From Candidatus Woesearchaeota archaeon (lineage in GTDB: Archaea; Nanobdellota; Nanobdellia; Woesearchaeales; GW2011-AR4), in the NCBI GenBank assembly GCA_016188245.1, contig JACPIE010000040.1:64365-128364 (forward strand): DNA of 64,000 nt. The letters are read 5' to 3'. The notes beneath the pieces were generated by a model. That model saw only the letters and a program-made list of their open reading frames with translations. It ran no database searches and was not told where the DNA came from. Within the stretch, counting starts at the first letter, position 1; every line of letters starts with the position of its first letter. A program made the translations under genes and the position numbers. Shown piece after piece: positions 57,351 through 64,000 of the stretch.

Positions 57351-57836
57351 GTGGACAGATACAATGCATTTGTTTCTAAAGTAATTGAGCCAGGTCTGGT
57401 CTTGTTACCGACTGAAGCTTATTTAAAAAAATTAGTTGCTGAACCTGGTTTTCCACATGAGAGTTTGGGAGATTTTTTCTCTACTGTCCCTTTAAAAGGA
57501 TTGGCATCGCGAATTCATGATATTTTAAAAGATAAATCTGAAATGCCAATTGATTTGGTTGATGTCAATAGCTTTAATGAACTACTCGCAAAACCTGATT
57601 TTACTTATATCATAGACGGCAAAGGTCAAGTAAGAATCTATTACCCGCTACATCATGCTGGTGTAACAGATGACGCCGGATTCGCTTATGGAATTTTTAG
57701 TTTAGCGTTTTTACCTGAATTATTTGCAAAAGCACCAAAAGGAAGTTTACAGGAATTTTTGAGGCAACATAGAGAAAGATGGAGTAATCATGGTAAAATG
57801 CTATATGGGCACCAGGACTTACCAGAAATAAATTAA
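57351..57836 (+). CDS. Hypothetical protein
   Basis: 161 aa ORF with GTG start, AT-rich. Confidence 0.6.
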   Translation: MDRYNAFVSKVIEPGLVLLPTEAYLKKLVAEPGFPHESLGDFFSTVPLKGLASRIHDILKDKSEMPIDLVDVNSFNELLAKPDFTYIIDGKGQVRIYYPLHHAGVTDDAGFAYGIFSLAFLPELFAKAPKGSLQEFLRQHRERWSNHGKMLYGHQDLPEIN

Positions 57837-57907
57837 TAAATCAACCTCAAAAATTTCCCCACAAACTATATAAACAAACAAATTTTCTTTTTCTTAAGGT
57901 AGTTACA

Positions 57908-59206
57908 ATGTCAATGATGGATGATATTTCAAAGGCTGACCCTGAGATTTTTGAAGCTATAAAAAAAGAAGGAATAAGGATAAGGGAAGGCGTTGAATTA
58001 ATCCCGAGCGAGAATTTTGTTTCAAAGGCTGTTCTTCAGGCATATGCCACTTTTTTCACAAACAAGTATTCTGAAGGCTACCCCGGAAAAAGGTATTATG
58101 GCGGGAACCAGTTTGTTGACGTTGTTGAAAATCTCGCGATTGAAAGAGCCAAGAAATTATTCGGGGCTGAGCACGTCAATGTGCAGCCTTATTCTGGCAG
58201 CCCGGCAAACCAGGCTGTGTTCTTCGCATTGCTGAATTTAGGCGATACTTTCATGGGGTTTGACTTAAGCGCAGGCGGTCACCTTACTCATGGCTCCCCT
58301 GTAAATTTCTCCGGCAAGTTTTACAAATGCGTACCTTACAATGTCGACAAAGAAACAGAATTGCTGGATTATGATGTTATGATGAAGCAGGCAAAAGACT
58401 GCAAACCAAAAATGATCTTGTCGGGGCTGACAGCGTACCCAAGAAAAATTGACTTCAAGGCGTTCAAAGAAATCTGCGACGAAGTTGGAGCTTACCATTT
58501 TGCAGACATCGCCCATATTTCAGGATTGTGCGCAACAGGAGTCCACCAAAACCCGATTCCATACTGCGATGTTGTGACAACAACAACCCACAAAACATTA
58601 AGAGGACCAAGAGGCGCAATGATAATGTGCAAAATAGAGGACAGGCTCGATAAAGAAGGCAAAAAAAACCTTGCACAGAAAATTGATTCTGCTGTTTTTC
58701 CGGGGCTCCAGGGAGGGCCTCACGACCATGTCAATGCGGCAAAGGCAGTTGCCTTCAGGGAAGCGCTTCATCCAGACTACAAAGAATACTGCGAGCAGAT
58801 CGTGAAAAATGCAAAAGCTCTTGCAAGCTCCCTGATGGACGAAGGGCTCGAGCTTGTGACAGGAGGAACCGACAATCACCTGATGGTTGTGAAGCTTGTC
58901 AATAAAGGATTGACAGGCAAAGGCAAGGAAATCCAGAATGCGCTTGGAGAGGCTGAAATTTACTGCAACAAAAACTCAATTCCCTACGAGCCAGGCTCCC
59001 CGTTCAACCCCAGCGGAATAAGGCTTGGAACTCCGGCAATAACAACAAGGGGGATGAAGGAAAGCGAGATGAAAGCAATAGGGGAGTGCATTGCAAAAGT
59101 GATTGGCAATTATCAAGATAAGGGGGTTATTGAAAAAGTGAAAAGTAATATTTTGGAGTTGTGCAAAGACTTTCCATTATATCCTGGAATGGAAGTGCTT
59201 AGGTAA
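57908..59206 (+). CDS. glyA: Serine hydroxymethyltransferase (bacterial-type)
   Basis: [38 protein letters not shown]. Confidence 0.97.
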   Translation: MSMMDDISKADPEIFEAIKKEGIRIREGVELIPSENFVSKAVLQAYATFFTNKYSEGYPGKRYYGGNQFVDVVENLAIERAKKLFGAEHVNVQPYSGSPANQAVFFALLNLGDTFMGFDLSAGGHLTHGSPVNFSGKFYKCVPYNVDKETELLDYDVMMKQAKDCKPKMILSGLTAYPRKIDFKAFKEICDEVGAYHFADIAHISGLCATGVHQNPIPYCDVVTTTTHKTLRGPRGAMIMCKIEDRLDKEGKKNLAQKIDSAVFPGLQGGPHDHVNAAKAVAFREALHPDYKEYCEQIVKNAKALASSLMDEGLELVTGGTDNHLMVVKLVNKGLTGKGKEIQNALGEAEIYCNKNSIPYEPGSPFNPSGIRLGTPAITTRGMKESEMKAIGECIAKVIGNYQDKGVIEKVKSNILELCKDFPLYPGMEVLR

Positions 59207-59253
59207 TCTTTAGTGTTGCTTTGGGTTGTTCATAAATTTTCAGGGGTGTTTTT

Positions 59254-60171
59254 GTGGTATTATGCATTGTCGCTCTTCCGGTTTTCGCAATTCTTGGAAT
59301 TTTCAGCCTGAGGTACAGGAAGCTGGCTGTTGAATCGCTGCACTGCCTTTTCAGGACCGCAATTTTTAGGCCGTGCAGGAGCGGGCTTGATGAAAATATA
59401 AAATCCTCGATAACCGGCAAGGTGATGAAGTACTCCCCAAAAGCTGCCGGAGCCATGTACAGGCATTATAGGATATTATCTTTGCTATTCTTAATCGTGT
59501 TATTGTTAAGCGCTTACTGGACAGCTGCCGGCGTATACAATTACTGGAAATACGGGAACTGCAACGGGCCTGAAGAAACGGGATTTTGCATGTTTGACCC
59601 TGCGGGGGAGAACAGCAGGATTTCAGAAACTGATGTTGATTCAATAACCCAAGTGGTCATTCCCAAAGTTGAAAATGGCGATCCCCTCATAGGAAATCCA
59701 AATGCAGAGATTACAATAATAGAGTTTGGCTGTTACGCATGCCCTTTCACAAAAAAAGCAGAGCCTATCATCAATGAGGTACTGGAACATTACAAAGGAA
59801 AGGTAAACTTGCAGTTCAGGACATTTTACATTCCCAACCATAATTTGAGCTACACATCAGCACTTGCTGCAAACTGCGCAATGGAGCAGGGAAAATATCT
59901 TGAGTACCACAAAAAGCTTTTTGAGATGCAGGAAAGCATGGCAAAAGACAAGCTTTTTGCAATAGCCGACAGCATTGGGCTGGAGCAGAAAAACTTCACT
60001 TTGTGCATGGAATCAAACAGATACAGGCAGGAGATTGACTCTGACTCGCTTGCAGGAATCCATGGTGGCGTAAGGGGCACACCCACATTTTTCATCAACA
60101 GCCAAAGGATTGCAGGGCCAAAGCCTTTTAGGACATTCAAAACAATAATTGACTCGGAGCTGAAGAAATGA
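59254..60171 (+). CDS. Membrane-anchored DsbA/thioredoxin-fold protein
   Basis: GNPNAEITIIEFGCYACPFT and GVRGTPTFFIN. Confidence 0.85.
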   Translation: MVLCIVALPVFAILGIFSLRYRKLAVESLHCLFRTAIFRPCRSGLDENIKSSITGKVMKYSPKAAGAMYRHYRILSLLFLIVLLLSAYWTAAGVYNYWKYGNCNGPEETGFCMFDPAGENSRISETDVDSITQVVIPKVENGDPLIGNPNAEITIIEFGCYACPFTKKAEPIINEVLEHYKGKVNLQFRTFYIPNHNLSYTSALAANCAMEQGKYLEYHKKLFEMQESMAKDKLFAIADSIGLEQKNFTLCMESNRYRQEIDSDSLAGIHGGVRGTPTFFINSQRIAGPKPFRTFKTIIDSELKK

Positions 60172-61373
60172 TTTTTGGGTTTGATGCAAACAAGGCAAGA
60201 AAGGATTTTCCTGTTTTGTCAAAGGATATTATATATTTTGACAATGCATGCATGTCGCTAAAGCCATTGCAGGTGATTGAAAGAATAAATGAATACTACA
60301 AGGAATACAGCGCATGCGCAGGAAGGAGCGCGCACAAGTTGGCATCCAGGGTGGAGAATGAAGTTGCAAAATCAAGGGAAGAATTAAGAAAGATTGTAAA
60401 TGCAAAGAAGCAGGAAGAGATTATCTTCACAAGAAACACAACAGAGGGCATCAATCTTGTCGCAAATTCCATAGGATTAAGGAAAGGCGACGAGGTGATA
60501 ATCAGCGACAAGGAGCACAACTCTAATTTGCTGCCATGGCTAAAACTCAGAAAAAATGGGATGATAGTAAAAATCTGCCCGGGGAACAGTGATGGAACAT
60601 TCAATCTTGAAAATTTTGAAAAGCTGATTTCAAAAAAAACGAAGATTGTTTCCGTTGTCTTTACATCGAATGTTGACGGAGTTACAAATCCAATAAAGGG
60701 AATATGCAAGATTGCGCATGATAATGGCTCATTGGTGCTTGCTGATGGAGCGCAGGCCGTGCCGAGCCATGAGGTTGATGTGGGGGGCCTTGATGTTGAT
60801 TTTCTTGCATTTTCAGGGCACAAGATGCTTGGCCCAACAGGAACAGGCGTGCTTTACGGAAAAAAGAAGCTTTTGGAAAAGATGGACCAGTTCATAATCG
60901 GAGGGGAAACAGTCACGAACACCAATTACGATTCATATGAGATGGAAGAGCTTCCGATGAAGTTTGAAGCAGGCCTGCAGGATTATGCTGGGATAATAGG
61001 GCTCGGGGAGGCGTGCAGATACCTAAAAAGAGTAGGCTTAGGCAGTATAAAAAAGCAGGAGCTGAAGCTTAATGCCCTTATTTCCAGAGAGCTATTGAAG
61101 AATGAAAAAATCAGGATATTGGGCCCCGGGGATGCCGGGCAAAGGAGCGGGATTTTCTCTTTCAACATAAAGGGAATGAATCCGCACAATGTTTCAAAGA
61201 TCCTTGAAAATTCAAGAAATATTCTTACAAGAAGCGGGATGCACTGCGTGCACAGCTGGTTCAACAGCAGGAAGATTGGGGGAAGCGTGAGGGCATCCAT
61301 GTACTTTTACAATACCGAAGAGGAAGCTGAAATTTTCGTTGGGGAAGTGCAAAAAATCTGCAAGGCTTTTTAG
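60168..61373 (+). CDS. sufS: SufS-type cysteine desulfurase
   Basis: YFDNA, EHNSN, DGAQ, FSGHKMLGPTG, RSGMHC. Confidence 0.92.
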   Translation: MIFGFDANKARKDFPVLSKDIIYFDNACMSLKPLQVIERINEYYKEYSACAGRSAHKLASRVENEVAKSREELRKIVNAKKQEEIIFTRNTTEGINLVANSIGLRKGDEVIISDKEHNSNLLPWLKLRKNGMIVKICPGNSDGTFNLENFEKLISKKTKIVSVVFTSNVDGVTNPIKGICKIAHDNGSLVLADGAQAVPSHEVDVGGLDVDFLAFSGHKMLGPTGTGVLYGKKKLLEKMDQFIIGGETVTNTNYDSYEMEELPMKFEAGLQDYAGIIGLGEACRYLKRVGLGSIKKQELKLNALISRELLKNEKIRILGPGDAGQRSGIFSFNIKGMNPHNVSKILENSRNILTRSGMHCVHSWFNSRKIGGSVRASMYFYNTEEEAEIFVGEVQKICKAF

Positions 61374-61413
61374 CGCAGTTAATTTTAAATACAGCCATCA
61401 ATATTCTTGTGTT

Positions 61414-62256
61414 ATGCCGGCCAAAATCATTGACGGAAAGAAAATAGCTGACGGAATCCTGGAGAACCTGAAGTCAAAAGTGAAAAGCATGAATGAAAAG
61501 CCGGGCCTGGCTCTGGTTTTGGTTGGAGATAATCCTGCTTCTGAGATTTATGTTAATTTCAAGGAGAAGACATGCAAAGAAGTGGGATTTTACTGCGAAA
61601 GGCACAATTTTGGCAAGGATGCAGATGAGATGGAGCTGCTTAACTTGGTTACCCAATTAAACAACAGCCCAAAGATACACGGCATTCTGGTGCAATTGCC
61701 TTTGCCAAAGCAGATTGATGAAAATCTAATAACAAATTCCATACTGCCCCACAAAGATGTGGACGGATTTACTGCAGTAAGCCTCGGGCATCTTTTTTCA
61801 GGCAACACAATAATGGCGCCTGCAACGGCCATGGCAGTCATGCGCCTGATTGAGTCAACCGGAACAAGGATTGAAGGAAAGAATGCAGTTGTTGTTGGGA
61901 GAAGCAACATCGTAGGCAAGCCGGTTGCAATGATGCTGCTTGAGAAGAACACCACTGTCACAATTTGCCACTCCAAGACAGAAGGTATCGCAGAGAAAGC
62001 AAGAAAGGCAGATATACTGGTTGCCGCTGTCGGAAAGCCAAAATTGATAACTAAAGAGATGGTTAAGGAAGGCGCTGTCGTGATTGATGTTGGCATCAAC
62101 AGGGTAAACGGAAAAATTGTCGGAGATGTTGATTTTGAGAATGTCAAGGAAGTTGCAGGCTTCATCACTCCTGTTCCAAAAGGAGTCGGCCCGATGACAA
62201 TTGCAATGCTTATGGAAAACACGCTGAAGGCAATGGAATTGGCTAAGAAAATTTGA
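61414..62256 (+). CDS. folD: Bifunctional methylene-THF dehydrogenase/cyclohydrolase
   Basis: IIDGK, KDVDG, GRSNIVGKP, TPVPKGVGPMT. Confidence 0.96.
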   Translation: MPAKIIDGKKIADGILENLKSKVKSMNEKPGLALVLVGDNPASEIYVNFKEKTCKEVGFYCERHNFGKDADEMELLNLVTQLNNSPKIHGILVQLPLPKQIDENLITNSILPHKDVDGFTAVSLGHLFSGNTIMAPATAMAVMRLIESTGTRIEGKNAVVVGRSNIVGKPVAMMLLEKNTTVTICHSKTEGIAEKARKADILVAAVGKPKLITKEMVKEGAVVIDVGINRVNGKIVGDVDFENVKEVAGFITPVPKGVGPMTIAMLMENTLKAMELAKKI

Positions 62257-62290
62257 TTTGCTGAGGTTAAATTTTAGGCAGTTTGTAAAA

Positions 62291-62989
62291 ATGATAAATT
62301 CTGAATTTACAGTTGTTGAAACGAAGCAGGAAACTCATGATGTTGAAAGCATTAAGCTTTACCTTGGCAACAAATTTGACTTCAAGCCCGGGCAATACAT
62401 GATTATGGAGCTTGATGTTGAAGATGCAGAAAACGGAAACACGAGGCCTTTGTCAATTGCCTCCTCCCCAACCGAGGATTTTCTTTTGTTCTCGACAAAA
62501 ATTTCGCAAAGCTTTTTTAAGCAAAAGCTGGATAGCCTAAAGGCTGGTGACAGGGTAAAACTAAAAGGTCCAATGGGGGTTTTTGTCCTTAAAGAGGATG
62601 CGAAAGAGATTGTTTTTCTTGGAGGGGGCATTGGAATAACTCCTTTTCGCAGTATGATTAAATATGCGACTGACAAAAAATTGCAGATAAAAATGACATT
62701 GATTTATTCCAACAGGGCAAAAAAGGATATTGTCTATTTTGACGATTTCAATGAGATGGAAAGGCAAAACCCAAATTTTAAAATGGTTAATACCCTAACC
62801 GATGATACGACGGATTGGAAAGGAAAAACAGGAAGGATAAGCGAAGCGATGATAAAAGAATTCAGCAGCGAAAAAACTTTGTTCTACATATGCGGGCCTC
62901 CCGGAATGGTTGACGCATTGTCAAATTTATTGAAGTCAATGAATGTTCCTCAGCAGGATATAAGGATTGAGAAGTTTGCCGGGTATTGA
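62291..62989 (+). CDS. FAD/NAD(P)-binding oxidoreductase (FNR family)
   Basis: FKPGQY, RPLSIASSP, GGIGITP, YICGPPGMV. Confidence 0.9.
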   Translation: MINSEFTVVETKQETHDVESIKLYLGNKFDFKPGQYMIMELDVEDAENGNTRPLSIASSPTEDFLLFSTKISQSFFKQKLDSLKAGDRVKLKGPMGVFVLKEDAKEIVFLGGGIGITPFRSMIKYATDKKLQIKMTLIYSNRAKKDIVYFDDFNEMERQNPNFKMVNTLTDDTTDWKGKTGRISEAMIKEFSSEKTLFYICGPPGMVDALSNLLKSMNVPQQDIRIEKFAGY

Positions 62990-63002
62990 ATTTAGCCGTG
63001 CA

Positions 63003-63830
63003 TCATAATTCCCCGTAATCCCTCTTCATCATCAATGCATCCCCCTCAATGTTCGGGCTTTCAGAGATGACAACGCCTTTGGCCTTGAAGTCTTTTAAAG
63101 CCTTCAGGAGCTCTTTGTACTTTAAATCCGAATCTTCCAGAGTCAGGTGGTGCTTCTCCCCCTTGGGGCCGTATGCAATTCCTGTGATGTGTATGTGCAT
63201 GTTCTCCAGCCCTTTCTTTCCAAGGGATTTTTCTATTTTTTCCAGTATGCTGCAGAATTCATCATATGTGTTGAACTTTCCGTTTGTCCTTGCATGGAAA
63301 TGCGCAAAGTCCACGCACGGCATTACATTGCAAAATTCCTGGCTTAACTGCAGGATTTCATCAACATTCCCGAACTGGGTGGCTTTGCCTGTTGTCTCCG
63401 GCCTTATCCATATCTTATTATTCTCTTTTTTTAAGGCTGATGAAATTTCCCCCAGGTTTTGTTTTATCGCATCATAAGCTTTTTTTGGATCCTGCCCCAT
63501 GTAAAACCCCGCATGAAAGCAGACGCTGTAGCCGCCGCATAAATATGCAATTCTTGCTGAATTCAAAATTCTTTCAATGCTTGCCTTTACTTTTGCCATT
63601 TCCGAAGAATTCAAGTTGATGAAGTAAGGCGCGTGGCATGTCAATACAACATTGCTTTCTTCAGCAGCTTTTTTTACCTGAGGAGCTTTGTCTTTTGTGA
63701 TATTGACGCTTCTCACAAACTCAAGCTCCATTGCCCCAAGCCCGAGCTTCCTTACATGCCTTATCCCGTCTGCTGTTGCGCCTTTCGCGCTCAGCGGAAT
63801 GCCTGCTGTGCCGAATAGCAGCTCTTTCAT
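63003..63830 (-). CDS. nfo: Endonuclease IV-like (AP endonuclease 2 / TIM barrel)
   Basis: HAPYFINLNS, RPETTGK..QFG, DFAHFHAR, ISESP. Confidence 0.85.
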   Translation of the reverse strand: MKELLFGTAGIPLSAKGATADGIRHVRKLGLGAMELEFVRSVNITKDKAPQVKKAAEESNVVLTCHAPYFINLNSSEMAKVKASIERILNSARIAYLCGGYSVCFHAGFYMGQDPKKAYDAIKQNLGEISSALKKENNKIWIRPETTGKATQFGNVDEILQLSQEFCNVMPCVDFAHFHARTNGKFNTYDEFCSILEKIEKSLGKKGLENMHIHITGIAYGPKGEKHHLTLEDSDLKYKELLKALKDFKAKGVVISESPNIEGDALMMKRDYGEL

Positions 63831-63919
63831 AAAAAAAATAGAAAACACCATTGTTTTTAAAGATTGCCAATGTATGATTCATCCTATGCCACCGGCTCAG
63901 TAGAAAGTCTTAAGTAAAA

Positions 63920-63949
63920 CACCCCCTCTTGCATTGCAAAAGAGGGGTG
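63920..63949. other. Intergenic stem-loop (possible terminator)
   Basis: Arms CCCCTCTT and AAGAGGGG form an inverted repeat within CACCCCCTCTT...AAGAGGGGTG. Confidence 0.4.
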
Positions 63950-64000
63950 GGGAAGGATAAGTTCCCCATGAAAAAGCAAGAAAGACTAGTAAATAAAATA

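Overview
About 64 kb of an AT-rich archaeal chromosome, most consistent with a DPANN/Woesearchaeota-like (Nanobdellota) genome. Support comes from split rpoB''/B' and rpoA'/A'', aIF-1A, Dph2, eL30, eL41, BRE/TATA promoters and BHB tRNA introns. Layout: (1) 1-10.2 kb is a variable island. Four copies of a ~33-56 bp promoter-containing direct repeat punctuate toxin-antitoxin/NTase/ATPase modules and two divergent twin-arginine (RRGFL) zincin-like paralogues, alongside gene-start stubs. (2) 10.2-22 kb holds giant Cys-rich surface proteins. (3) 22-32.7 kb has RDD, SppA, an inverted-repeat-flanked Fic gene, a subtilase, Dph2 and an APC permease-methyltransferase fusion. (4) 32.7-43 kb is a type IV pilus (Tad-like) locus interrupted by a Bro-N gene. 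(5) Next come an Lnt-like acyltransferase and a TA pair. (6) 45-55.7 kb is the RNAP/str operon, with rpoA'' before rpoA' and three orphan ORFs interleaved. (7) Two adjacent tRNAs (Asp-GTC, Lys-TTT), each with three BHB introns, are not in the ORF track. (8) The window ends with eL41, glyA, DsbA-like, sufS, folD, FNR-like and endonuclease IV genes. The best novelty candidates are a family of ~60-70 bp twin-hairpin elements that insert in frame at start codons with a target duplication, the repeat-punctuated cassette island, and the triple-intron tRNA pair. All calls come from reading the sequence by eye; no database searches were run.
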